From the NCBI GenBank assembly GCA_041736175.1, contig JBGSUI010000151.1, positions 1-62,951 on the forward strand: DNA of 62,951 nucleotides, read 5' to 3'. The stretch is from Oligoflexales bacterium (GTDB lineage Bacteria; Bdellovibrionota_B; Oligoflexia; Oligoflexales; CAIYRB01). A program made the translations under genes and the position numbers. The number at the start of each line of letters is the position of its first letter. Position 1 is the stretch's first letter. The notes beneath the pieces were generated by a model. It searched no databases. It worked only from the letters and a program-made list of their open reading frames with translations, and was not told where the DNA came from. Below, piece after piece: positions 18,162 through 28,190 of the stretch.

Positions 18162-20648
18162 TTAGAGGATAAAAGTGGGGACTCTTAATTGGGTTACGCT
18201 GCATCTAACCTTGGTTTCTGAGGCGCCCATAAATGATTGAAGTTGGATTTTGGTCCCCGCTGGATAGTCTTTTCCCCATCCTAGCCAACTCCGATGGTAG
18301 ACCATTTCCAGAGTTTTTCCCGGTTTTCCAAGGAGATGATGGGTGTGAGACCAAGAATTTATGGGGCCGAATCCGTTGATTTTAAGTTCGTTAAATCCCC
18401 ACTGGACCTGACTGGTTCGCCCCGATGGCTCAACAATCAATGCTGTGACATGACCGGTTTGTCCGATGGTATCTCCGTTAAAATCGATACCGATCATAAG
18501 CCAATCACCATCGTAAAGGATTCCAAGTCTTTTAATCGTAGCAAAGGGCTGGCAGGACGCATGGGGAGCGGGTAATCCTGTTGTGACAGGAGCAGCGAGC
18601 TCCTGCGGTAGGAGCTCAGTCCAGTCATCGAGGAGATGGTCGACCACCAAGTGATCGTGCTTCCAAGAATCTGCTTGGGTAAGACCCAGAGCGGCGGCAT
18701 AGGAGTCCACATAGCTGTCATTTAAGCTTTTTGGAGATTGGTCGCGGCCTCCTAGTTTAGATTCCTGAAAGGCGAACAGCAAATCACGATCATTATCTTT
18801 AACGAGACTGTTCAAGGGCAGGATACCGCCATCGTAACTGAATTGGTTAAACCAACCATCCCAAGGATTAGCAGTTATTGCAGATGGTGCAAGCGCCAGC
18901 TGGGAATGATTGAGAAAGCCAGAGAGAACCTGATCACTAGTTGAATAAATCGTTCCGGTGGTTAAATAAGATTTTAGCACTCCATGGATTCCAGAGATTG
19001 GTAATATTGTGGACAAAAGATCATAAAAAATCGATGATTTGCGGTAAAAATATCCCTCAGAATAGTTTGTCAATTGGGTCCATGATGGTGCATCAATAGA
19101 CTTCGGTTCTTGGTTTTTTTCTGTTTGTAAAATGACGTCGTGGTCGGACGCAAACCGAAAGAGCTCTGCGTATTTGCCATAATAGCTGCTGATCGCAAGG
19201 CGTTCGGTCCATTTGCTGTGCCCTTCAACCATCCATCGGTTTGGTAAGCGATAATCACCGGCGTTGATTGCATGGGCATATTCATGGGCTGCGACTTCAA
19301 AAATGGCTATTTGATTAGAGCCAAAAGGAGAGTACTGGGTTTGGGTTATAAAGATACCCAAATTTGAAATATAGACGCCAGGATTTGCTGCGTCATCAAT
19401 GACGGTCATGCCAATGGTATCCCACTTGGAGTGACTTTCATTAAGGACAGTCTCTACGGTGGGTGCCGCCTGTGCCATCGCTCGATATTGGACTTCAGCG
19501 ACTTTGGCATCAATGGACGAGAGCCGCCGCATGGGAATCATCTTGAAGGACTGGTCGGGCATTGCTACCAGGCAGGCATAATCGTCCACGAGACCGACTA
19601 TATTTGGACCCATTTTGTCCTCCTTGGTGGAAGCATTGTTACCATTCCACAGGCTTGGATAAATGGAAAAGAGTGGTCCGCTAATCGAACTATCGATCGC
19701 AGATTTTGCGATACTTATCTCAATCGACGCTCCATTTACGGCCACTTGATAGCTACCGGATGGTTGCACGGCCAAATAGGTCGTACCGTTATATTCTTTT
19801 AAAATTGTCCCAAATAGCTCCAAATTACGTTTGAAGGTGGACGATACATTGGTCGAATCGTCTTGGGGGATGGTGACCCCATAAAAGCTAAGGATCAAGC
19901 GCACTCCTAAAGTGTCCGATGGCCACGGCTGAGCCATTTTAAATCCTAAAAAATAGTGAGTCGCGTTGCCGGCAAAATAAAATTCCTTTAAATCATAATC
20001 GGTCGTATCGCTTACAAATCCGTCGCCAGCACGGTCGATGCTCACCAAGCCGACGGATCCCCAATCAGATAAATCGCCGTCGATGGTGGGTGTGAGAGTC
20101 GCCATACTCTGGAAAGGAATGGGGGTCTCACAGGCAGGAAAACTCGACTCAAGCCCATACTTAGGTACAAAAATCCTACCTGGCATAGGTGCATGGTTAG
20201 ATCGACCATGACCTGACACAAAGGGCTTTGTTACTTTGAAGGTGGCTGGATTAACATTGGTAAGCAGCAAGGGAGCCGTAGCAGTCAAATTGGCTGTCAT
20301 ACGGTCGTCGGCCGTGGGCCCATTGGGAGCATTTCCCACTGAGATCTTCGATGTAGACTGTGTCGAAACGCCGGTACTAACAGCGGTCGATGCTTTGGTG
20401 TCGTCTGAGGCAGTCTTTGGATCGGGAGAGGTCTCAGCTGTTTTATCGACTGCGGTGGCAACCGCCGAGGGAGCGGATCCCGCTGTCTTTGTTGTGGTTG
20501 ACTGTGAAGTCGGCTGGCTTGTGACTCCGGTACTGGTGTTGTCGGCCGACTCCTCTGAGGTGGGATCTGCTGAGGATTGGCTGTCACAGCCACTTAGAAA
20601 AATTTCAAAAAAATAGACCAAGGCCAAAGTTTGAAATATTTTGCACAT
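18162..20648 (-). CDS. Large lipoprotein with gluzincin metallopeptidase motif and CBM9-like domains
   Basis: Lipobox FLSGC, S/T-rich linker, IDGDLSDW, HEYAH...WMVEG, second VDHLLDDW-type module. Confidence 0.7.
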   Translation of the reverse strand: MCKIFQTLALVYFFEIFLSGCDSQSSADPTSEESADNTSTGVTSQPTSQSTTTKTAGSAPSAVATAVDKTAETSPDPKTASDDTKASTAVSTGVSTQSTSKISVGNAPNGPTADDRMTANLTATAPLLLTNVNPATFKVTKPFVSGHGRSNHAPMPGRIFVPKYGLESSFPACETPIPFQSMATLTPTIDGDLSDWGSVGLVSIDRAGDGFVSDTTDYDLKEFYFAGNATHYFLGFKMAQPWPSDTLGVRLILSFYGVTIPQDDSTNVSSTFKRNLELFGTILKEYNGTTYLAVQPSGSYQVAVNGASIEISIAKSAIDSSISGPLFSIYPSLWNGNNASTKEDKMGPNIVGLVDDYACLVAMPDQSFKMIPMRRLSSIDAKVAEVQYRAMAQAAPTVETVLNESHSKWDTIGMTVIDDAANPGVYISNLGIFITQTQYSPFGSNQIAIFEVAAHEYAHAINAGDYRLPNRWMVEGHSKWTERLAISSYYGKYAELFRFASDHDVILQTEKNQEPKSIDAPSWTQLTNYSEGYFYRKSSIFYDLLSTILPISGIHGVLKSYLTTGTIYSTSDQVLSGFLNHSQLALAPSAITANPWDGWFNQFSYDGGILPLNSLVKDNDRDLLFAFQESKLGGRDQSPKSLNDSYVDSYAAALGLTQADSWKHDHLVVDHLLDDWTELLPQELAAPVTTGLPAPHASCQPFATIKRLGILYDGDWLMIGIDFNGDTIGQTGHVTALIVEPSGRTSQVQWGFNELKINGFGPINSWSHTHHLLGKPGKTLEMVYHRSWLGWGKDYPAGTKIQLQSFMGASETKVRCSVTQLRVPTFIL

Positions 20649-20900
20649 AATCCCTCCCCATAAAACCAACATTTTTTGACTGGTTGTTCGTCTATGAGAT
20701 AGGCCATCGACAGATGAGTTAAAAAAGTCAAATAATCATAAAAATTATTTAATTAATAACAGGTTACAGGTCTCAAATCCCAGGGATATGAAAAGGCCTT
20801 ACTGTTATTTTTTGCCGTTGGCACGGAAATTAGCCGCTAACGTTTTACGTCCCCATTGCCGCAGTTTTCAAGGTTTGTACTCGATCCCCCTGGTAACGCC

Positions 20901-21494
20901 TCACTCCTCCAGAAGGCTTTGGGGGGTTGCACTTAAGTCCTGGTTGCCTGTTACGTTCATAATCCCATACCTTTCCATCGCCGCGGGTGTTGGGCACAGA
21001 AATTCGTAGCTCTTTGTGGGGCCGTTACCACCAAGCCAACTTTTGTCAAAAAGGTCTTGTTTCACGCCGAGCTCATTTAAAAAGGCGGCTTCTTGGATAG
21101 CACCCTTTTGCCCATTGATGATATTTTGTTCGATTTCGTATTCGGTCAATCCTTCTTTTTTGAGACTGTTCCTATTGTAGGATTGACCGACCGTCATGCC
21201 CGCGCTGAGATTGCCGTGAAATCCAACCCACCCACTCCTGATCACTTTTTGAGCCCCAGCCGTGAAAATATAATTCGCACAAGAAGATGCACACTGCCCA
21301 TCAACAACAACCGTCATCTTGAGTGGAAGTATGCGCTGACCAATCCGTAAACCACCTGTGACTTCCCCACCTGGTGAGTTGACTATCAGTACTCGGTCTG
21401 TGGACTTTAAGACTTTTTCTAGGTCGTCGATGGAATTAGGTGCAATATTTCCGACAAATTTTATGGTTTCTTCGTCAACGCGGCTCCAGACACC
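20901..21494 (-). pseudogene. ClpP/crotonase-like periplasmic protein, 5'-truncated
   Basis: Frame is open upstream of the ORF-track start (WSRVDEETIKFVGNI...IVNSPGGEV) but reaches a TGA with no start or signal peptide; CASSCANYIF, GFHG motifs. Confidence 0.65.
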
Positions 21495-21496
21495 TC

Positions 21497-21676
21497 ATTG
21501 AAAAATCAATTTTGACGTTGGTCGACGACCCTAGACCGGATGGATGTAAAAAATTGAAGGGCAGGGATGACTACAGAATCCGCTTCGATGATTATCGAAT
21601 TCTTTATTTTATAGAAGATGACATCGTCACTGTCGAAGTCGTCAGAGTTCAGCATCAAAAAGAGGATTATGCTTAG
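21497..21676 (+). pseudogene. RelE/ParE toxin, C-terminal fragment
   Basis: L.DDPRPDGCKKLKGRDDYRIRFDDYRILYFIEDD...V.VVRV.H; N-terminus and antitoxin absent. Confidence 0.75.
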
Positions 21677-21846
21677 CTGGATGGGGGCTCAATCCCACTG
21701 TAAACCCCCCCTTTTTTATATGTTGGTATTATGGAAAGCCAGTCTAATATAATCCGGTAAGACCTCAGAAAATCCTCCGATATAGGGGAAGGGACAGGGT
21801 CCCACCGCTCCGAAGCAGCCGGAGGAGTGGGTATCCCCAGCCACTC

Positions 21847-24324
21847 TCATGAACGAAAGGCGATTGTAAAATGTCCATTACCGGTGATCTTGACCCAGGA
21901 GCTTAAACTCCCGACTTGGACCGGGCTATTGCGGCTTACCGTGTCGCCTTGGCCCAGCTGGCCGTAAGCGTTTTTCCCAAAAGCCCATAAGGTCCCATCC
22001 GTGCGGAGAGCAATGGTGTGGTAGACTCCCGCCTCTACTTCACTCCAAGAGCTTAAAGTCCCCACCTGCACGGGGTTGCTGCGGGGTGCCGTGTCGCCTA
22101 GCCCCAGCTGGCCATCAGAGTTGGATCCAAAAGTCCATAGGGTGCCATCGGTGCGGCGTGCAAGGGTGAAGTAGGCTCCCGTCGACACATCACTCCAAGA
22201 GCTTAAACTCCCCACCTGCACGGGGCTACTGCGGTATGCCGTATCATTAAGGCCCAACGCGCCGGAACCGTTTCGGCCACAAGTCCAAAGGGTGCCGTCT
22301 TTCCGGAGCGCAACGGTGTGATGGCTCCCCACTACCTTACTCCAGGAGCTTAAAGTACCCACCTGGATAGGGCTGCTAGCGTATACCCTATTGCCTCGGC
22401 CCAGCTGGCCATAAGAATTTCGGCCAAAAGTCCATAGGGTGCCATCCGTACGGCATACAGCGGTGTGCCAGGTTCCCCCCTGCACGACACTCCAGGAGCT
22501 TAAAGAGCCCACCTGAACGGGGCTACTTCGGTCTACCGCGTTGCCAAGGCCCAGCTGGCCGTCGCCGGTCCAGCCAAAAGTCCATAGAGTGCCGTCCATA
22601 CGGAGTGCTGCACTGTGGTTCATTCCCCCCGCCACCTCACTCCAGGAGCTTAAAGAGCCCACCTGAACGGGGCTACTGCGGTCAGTCCCGTCACCTAGTC
22701 CTAGCTGGCCGTAATTGTTTTTGCCAATAGCCCATAGAGTGCCGTCCGTACGGCGTGCTGTGGTATGGTCATATCCCCCCGCCACTTCGCTCCAGGAGCT
22801 TAAAGAACCCACCTGGACGGGGCTGCTGCGGTGAGTCCTGTCACCTAGTCCTAGCTGGCCATTTGTGTTTTCGCCAAAAGCCCACATGGTGAAGCGGTTT
22901 GGGCCGGTGCGGGCGATGGTGTGGTGGGATCCCACCGCCACCTCGGTCCAGTTACTAAGACTTCCCACCTGGACGGGGCTGCTGCGGGAAGTCGTCGAGC
23001 CTTGACCCAGCTGACCGGCAAAGTTATTCCCAAATGCCCATAGGGTGCCGTCCGTACGGAGAGCAAGGGTGTGAAAGTAACCCGCCGTCAGCTCACTCCA
23101 GGAGGATAAACTCCCAACCTGGACGGGGCTGCTGCGGGCTGCCGTGTCGCCTAGCCCCAGCTGGCCATAAGAGTTGGATCCAAAAGTCCATAGGGTGCCG
23201 TCCGTGCGGCGAGCCATAGTGTGGTTATATCCCCCCGCCACCTCATTCCAAGAGCTTAAAGTCCCCACCTGAACGGGGCTACTGCGGAATACCGTGTCAC
23301 CAAGGCCCAGCTGGCCTTTAGCGTTCCAGCCAAAAGCCCATAGAGTGCCGTCCGTGCGGCGGGACATAGTGTAGTAGTATCCCGTCGCTAGCTCACTCCA
23401 GGAGCTTAAACTCCCCACCTGGACTGGGCTACTGCGGTGTACCGTGTTGCCAAGGCCCAGCTGGCCGGCAGAGTTGTAGCCAAAAGCCCAGAGGGTGCCG
23501 TCTGCGCGGCGAGCAATCGTATGGGCGTATCCCCCCGCCAGCTCGCTCCAGGAGCTTAAAGTCCCCACCTGAACTGGGCTACTGCGGTAAACCGTATTGC
23601 CTAGGCCCAGCTGGCCGTAAGAGTTGCGTCCACATGCCCATAAGGTGCCGTCCGTGCGGCGAGCCATGGTGTGGTTGCCTCCCCCCGCCAGCTCAGTCCA
23701 GGAGGACAAAGTCCCCATCTGGACGGGGCTAGTGCGGTTATTCCCGTCACCAAGGCCCAGCTGGCCGTAAGCGTTCCAGCCAAAAGCCCATAGGGTGCCG
23801 TCTGTGCGGAGTGCTACGGTTTGGTGGCGGCCCCCCGCTACCTCACTCCAGGAGCTTAAACTACCTACCTCGACCGGGCTACTGCGGTTTGCCGTGTCGC
23901 CTAGGCCCAGCTCGCCGTAAGTGTTGTGGCCAAAAGCCCATAATCCATAAATCTCGCCAGCAGGTTGCTGTTGCTTCTTACGCCTCATAAACATCAACTG
24001 ATTAAAGGCGTACCCCCTCTCGGTGAGTCCCGAGATCCACGCCCCTAAAGCCGCCTTTGGGAACGCGCCAACAAAATCTCGCCGTGAGGAGCCAGAGACC
24101 TCTAAGGGGAGAAGGGGGTCCTCGGATAGGACAAGGTGAGAGGAAGATCCCGCAAATCCACCAACCTCGTGATCAAGATCTAGAGGGGGCGTCCCCTCAT
24201 GGTGCTCCCCGTGGGGCACTTTGGAGGAGGTGTCGTCCTGGGACAAGGGCGAATCTGGATAGGGTGGTTTTTGGCTCATGCTATTCCTTCCTATGGGAAA
24301 TGAAAGACACTTAACTTTTTTCAC
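21847..24324 (-). CDS. RCC1-repeat protein, 14 repeats (two 7-bladed propellers), with Tat-like motif
   Basis: 14 copies of LWxxGxNxxGQLGLGxxxxRSSPVQVGxLSSW at about 150-bp period; SRRDF upstream; true start uncertain. Confidence 0.9.
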   Translation of the reverse strand: MKKVKCLSFPIGRNSMSQKPPYPDSPLSQDDTSSKVPHGEHHEGTPPLDLDHEVGGFAGSSSHLVLSEDPLLPLEVSGSSRRDFVGAFPKAALGAWISGLTERGYAFNQLMFMRRKKQQQPAGEIYGLWAFGHNTYGELGLGDTANRSSPVEVGSLSSWSEVAGGRHQTVALRTDGTLWAFGWNAYGQLGLGDGNNRTSPVQMGTLSSWTELAGGGNHTMARRTDGTLWACGRNSYGQLGLGNTVYRSSPVQVGTLSSWSELAGGYAHTIARRADGTLWAFGYNSAGQLGLGNTVHRSSPVQVGSLSSWSELATGYYYTMSRRTDGTLWAFGWNAKGQLGLGDTVFRSSPVQVGTLSSWNEVAGGYNHTMARRTDGTLWTFGSNSYGQLGLGDTAARSSPVQVGSLSSWSELTAGYFHTLALRTDGTLWAFGNNFAGQLGQGSTTSRSSPVQVGSLSNWTEVAVGSHHTIARTGPNRFTMWAFGENTNGQLGLGDRTHRSSPVQVGSLSSWSEVAGGYDHTTARRTDGTLWAIGKNNYGQLGLGDGTDRSSPVQVGSLSSWSEVAGGMNHSAALRMDGTLWTFGWTGDGQLGLGNAVDRSSPVQVGSLSSWSVVQGGTWHTAVCRTDGTLWTFGRNSYGQLGRGNRVYASSPIQVGTLSSWSKVVGSHHTVALRKDGTLWTCGRNGSGALGLNDTAYRSSPVQVGSLSSWSDVSTGAYFTLARRTDGTLWTFGSNSDGQLGLGDTAPRSNPVQVGTLSSWSEVEAGVYHTIALRTDGTLWAFGKNAYGQLGQGDTVSRNSPVQVGSLSSWVKITGNGHFTIAFRS

Positions 24325-24553
24325 TGAGTGATTTTGAGAGGCTAACAGGATTTTTGTTGAGGCGTCAAGAAGGGGACGCAGATATCCCAGGGCGCTAGGT
24401 CCATGGGATGCTCATAAATAGCGTGTTGCGTTTCACGCCCATTGGCACATCGAGGGGTTGAAACGCCAACCAAGGGTAGGTTCCATTCTTGCATGCTTGC
24501 TTCCAACAAGCAGCGTCGTCGCTGTCTGGTCTTACCCCCATTTAAAGGTTTTT

Positions 24554-25819
24554 ATGGCATCGGTTCTTACAAAAAAGGTCGCATTTATTTCAATGAGTAT
24601 CGTTACTTTACTAGCTACCGCGCAAAGCTGTGGGTATGGTAAACGCTCCCCCAAACCCCATTTCGACAATCGTGATGATAGGGAAACTCTCGATTTTGGT
24701 GATACAGCTTTACCTGTGGTCTCTAAACCCCTTGGCAGCTATACAGATCTTTTTTCCATAAATAATATCGTTAAAATAGAGCTAAAAATCCCTGACGACC
24801 ACTGGAACCTCCTTAAAAACCAGCATCCAAAGTATCCATGCCAACCCGATCAGGACAAAGACAACCATGGGTATCCTATGTATTCTGCCGACATCACCAT
24901 CAATGGCGAGACCATTCCACATATCGGGGTGCGTAAACGCAATCACTGTGGCTCCGAAAACAAGATTAGGCCAGGGCTCTCGGTAAAATTTGATGAGTTT
25001 ACTAAAAACCAAAAATTTTTGGGTAGCAGCTCCCTCATGCTCAATAACTCCTGGCAGGACGTGAGTCTCGTGCGACAGTGCCTTGCGTTTTATATCCTCG
25101 CAAAACTCGGCCAACCCTACTCTCTCTGCAGCTTTGCACAGGTCTATGTCAATCAACTTGATCCCGTGATCTACGTCAATGTCGAAGCCATCAAAAAGCC
25201 TTACTTAACTCGAAACTTTCCCGACCAAAAAGTCGCCACCTTTGAGGGCGCCGTTTCAGGCGCTGATCTCACCAGCGAAGGTCTCAAAAACATCGAAGCA
25301 AAAGACGATGACGCTGGAATCGACATCATTAGCAATATCGTCGATGCCATTCACAACAAAGGTGAACCCCTAGAAAAACACATCGACGTCGAGCAATTCC
25401 TGGGTTTCTGGGCAGCAGAATTGATCTTAGCCCATTGGGACGGTTACGTCCGTTCAAAAAACAATTTTTATATGATTAGAAGAGTAAAAGATCAAAAGCT
25501 TAAATTTGTCGTGGCAGGCACAGACCAGGTTTTTACCGAACCCTTCACGGGTTCTATAGCCACCTACAGTGGGGCTTTTTTGCCACAAAAACTCCTGACC
25601 AATCCCGAGATGCGCGGCAAACTCAAAACAGAGCTTAAAAAGGGTTTAAGCAAACTGAATCCAGAAGTCTTAAAGGAGTATATCCAAAGTATGCATTTGT
25701 TATTAACCCCCCACCTGAGCGCCAACTTAAGACAACAGACCTCCGACGAGGTCGACAAGCTGCTAAACAAGGTTACAACCCATCTTAAATCCCTGGAACT
25801 GGCTGCGGACCAGTTGTAG
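24554..25819 (+). CDS. CotH kinase family (lipo)protein
   Basis: GVRKRN, KFDEF, LNNSWQD, YVNVEAI, HWDGY..NNFY; possible lipobox AQSC. Confidence 0.85.
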   Translation: MASVLTKKVAFISMSIVTLLATAQSCGYGKRSPKPHFDNRDDRETLDFGDTALPVVSKPLGSYTDLFSINNIVKIELKIPDDHWNLLKNQHPKYPCQPDQDKDNHGYPMYSADITINGETIPHIGVRKRNHCGSENKIRPGLSVKFDEFTKNQKFLGSSSLMLNNSWQDVSLVRQCLAFYILAKLGQPYSLCSFAQVYVNQLDPVIYVNVEAIKKPYLTRNFPDQKVATFEGAVSGADLTSEGLKNIEAKDDDAGIDIISNIVDAIHNKGEPLEKHIDVEQFLGFWAAELILAHWDGYVRSKNNFYMIRRVKDQKLKFVVAGTDQVFTEPFTGSIATYSGAFLPQKLLTNPEMRGKLKTELKKGLSKLNPEVLKEYIQSMHLLLTPHLSANLRQQTSDEVDKLLNKVTTHLKSLELAADQL

Positions 25820-25883
25820 GCTTGTCAATAGAGCTAGGCACGAGTTAAAATAAAAGGACACGGGTCATTCTGGGGAATAGTCC

Positions 25884-26669
25884 ATGGCAGTTAAGGTCCT
25901 TGATCGTCGACGCTTTGTCCGGGTTGCAAGCATCGGTACCTTGCCAGCACCGCTGATTCGGGAGCTTGATGCCAGTCCCGTGGTTTGCAAATCCACGGAT
26001 GTTTCGCCTCTAGGACTCGGAATCCTGAGCAGTATTGATTTATCGGTGGACGAAGGCCTCAAGATGGAAATCTCGGGCGAGTCGATCCAACTCAAAGTCG
26101 CTACCAAGGTTCAAGACTCGGGGGCTAAACAATGGCGCTATGGACTCTTAGTGGTTGATGAAACGATTGATTTGGAGCATCGGTTTCGCGTATTGGGTCT
26201 TATCTACAGCCCTGAAAAAGCGGTCTCTCGGGGATCTACCCAAGTACCGAAAAAATCCGAAAAACGGGCTTCCGATGACCGTGCCCCTCGTTTTGGGATC
26301 GATTGGGAGTTACCTATTGATGCCAATACACTGGGAAACCGAACGATTTTTAAGCTTTATATCGCCAATATCTCCCGCTCAGGGATGCTGATGACGTCCT
26401 TTGAAACCAAAGTAGGACATCTTGCTGTTAATGCCCTCCTCGATATTACAATCGATCCACAAAAAAAGTATTTAAGCCGTCCTATCCACGGGTTTGCCAA
26501 AGTCGTGCAATCCTTTGCGGAAAAATCTACGGACCCAACCAAAAAGAATGTTAGTTTTGGTATCGTGATCAGCGAAATCTTCCCCGAAGACAAGGCTGCA
26601 TGGGATCTCTTTATCCGCAGCCTCGAAAAAGCCAGCGAGGACGATTCTATGGGGAATCCAGCAGCTTAG
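25884..26669 (+). CDS. Tandem PilZ-domain protein
   Basis: RRRFVR...DVSPLG and RAPRF...NISRSG. Confidence 0.8.
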   Translation: MAVKVLDRRRFVRVASIGTLPAPLIRELDASPVVCKSTDVSPLGLGILSSIDLSVDEGLKMEISGESIQLKVATKVQDSGAKQWRYGLLVVDETIDLEHRFRVLGLIYSPEKAVSRGSTQVPKKSEKRASDDRAPRFGIDWELPIDANTLGNRTIFKLYIANISRSGMLMTSFETKVGHLAVNALLDITIDPQKKYLSRPIHGFAKVVQSFAEKSTDPTKKNVSFGIVISEIFPEDKAAWDLFIRSLEKASEDDSMGNPAA

Positions 26670-26747
26670 ACTTGCCGAACCTCTCGCTGCAAAGTTCCTA
26701 CATAACCTAAAATACTGGTTTTTATAAACCATATTAAACTTATTACA

Positions 26748-28190
26748 ATGGGTCCTGGGTCAGGTTTTAGGTTCCACGGACCGATCCCCATAGCTGACCT
26801 ACTCCATAAGGACAGCACACACCCCGTGGAACCAATGAATCCAGCACTGACTCCGTATGAAGGCAAAGAATTCCTCCATTCCAAGGATAGGGAGGCTTTT
26901 TCCCGTCTTTGGGTCGATACCCAGATTCAGTCTCTATTTGACGGATGGCTAAAAGGGTTTACGGTCTTCCAAATCATAGCTGCTCTATCTTTTGCCTTCT
27001 GGTGCCCGCCCCTCTTCCTTCCATACTTTTCTAAATTTTTTGTTCTCTGCTTTTTTGCAACCGCAGCGGTTTACTATTTCACCACGACACACAAAATTCA
27101 GCCCGCACAAGCTTGGTTATACCTGCAGATTATTTTAGGGTTTTTGATGCTCTTAACCATCAAAGACACTCTCTTTTTAAACCTAGAACTTTCCGTTTTT
27201 ATCAATCTTATCATTATTTATTTTGGCGCTTCCCTCTATTCGACGGTAGGGATCCCCCAACCCATGTCTCTCTCCTTAAAAAGCCTGTTTTTTAATATCT
27301 TGATTAGCCTTGCTGCATGCAGCGGTCACCATGAACTTCCGTTTTTGCAGGTGGCTGCTATTTTAATTTTCACCAATCTTTTGACCCTTGTGGTCAACCA
27401 CTCCCGTTACCAAGGGCTCCTCAGAGAATCATCTCTGGTGTACGACGCTCGTAGCCTTATGATTAAAAACGAACAGATGTCCCGGGAAAACCTCGAAAAG
27501 GAGTTTCGCCAAGCCCAGGAGATCCAAGACTCTTTTTTACCCCCTCCCGAACAGTTCGAGACCAAACACCTGCGTGTCCAATACTACCAAGAAAAATATG
27601 GGTTCCTCGGTGGTGACTGGATGGCTCTACGACTTTTACCGAGTGGAGACCTCTTAAGCCTAGTGATCGATGTCACCGGGAAAGGGACCGCAGCAGCCCT
27701 TGTGGTCCATGCCGTCCAGTCCCTTTGGATCCAGGCATCCCACCAGCAGCATTTTGACCCCATCGCTTGGATCTTGAAAGTCAATCGAGTCCTTAAATTT
27801 ATGGGCGAGAAAAGCTCCCAAACCCTAACCTTAGGAATGATTATACTCTCTAAAAACCATGGTACCTATTACAGCGCCGGACATATTCCACTGTTTATGG
27901 CTAAAAAAAGCGGCAGAGACACCTCCGTAAGATCGATCTTAGGACGTGGAGATATCTTAGGACTTAAGGATCATATCGAAATCCATCCAGTGGTCTTTCC
28001 TTGGAACGAATCCGAACAAAACACCATCTTATTGGCTACAGATGGAGTTTTTCCCCATGGAACTCTCACTAGAAGCAAAGAAGTGATCGAGATCATCAAA
28101 CATCTCAAACAAAATCCAAATCCCCTTAAGGCCATAGATTCCAAAGATGATAAACTGCTCCTCCTTATCCAGACGGTGGCCCATGGATAG
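26748..28190 (+). CDS. Membrane PP2C/SpoIIE-family phosphatase
   Basis: TM region, AQEIQDS, LGGDW, DVTGKG, SAGH, TDGV, DDK; start possibly 26835. Confidence 0.85.
   Translation: MGPGSGFRFHGPIPIADLLHKDSTHPVEPMNPALTPYEGKEFLHSKDREAFSRLWVDTQIQSLFDGWLKGFTVFQIIAALSFAFWCPPLFLPYFSKFFVLCFFATAAVYYFTTTHKIQPAQAWLYLQIILGFLMLLTIKDTLFLNLELSVFINLIIIYFGASLYSTVGIPQPMSLSLKSLFFNILISLAACSGHHELPFLQVAAILIFTNLLTLVVNHSRYQGLLRESSLVYDARSLMIKNEQMSRENLEKEFRQAQEIQDSFLPPPEQFETKHLRVQYYQEKYGFLGGDWMALRLLPSGDLLSLVIDVTGKGTAAALVVHAVQSLWIQASHQQHFDPIAWILKVNRVLKFMGEKSSQTLTLGMIILSKNHGTYYSAGHIPLFMAKKSGRDTSVRSILGRGDILGLKDHIEIHPVVFPWNESEQNTILLATDGVFPHGTLTRSKEVIEIIKHLKQNPNPLKAIDSKDDKLLLLIQTVAHG

Noticed and set aside
21900..23950. Regular 150-bp repeats as a CRISPR array or as DGR template/variable pairs
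   Set aside because: They are in-frame RCC1 coding repeats. Variation includes TGG, AAA and ATG codons and third positions, which is not adenine-only, and there are no cas genes.
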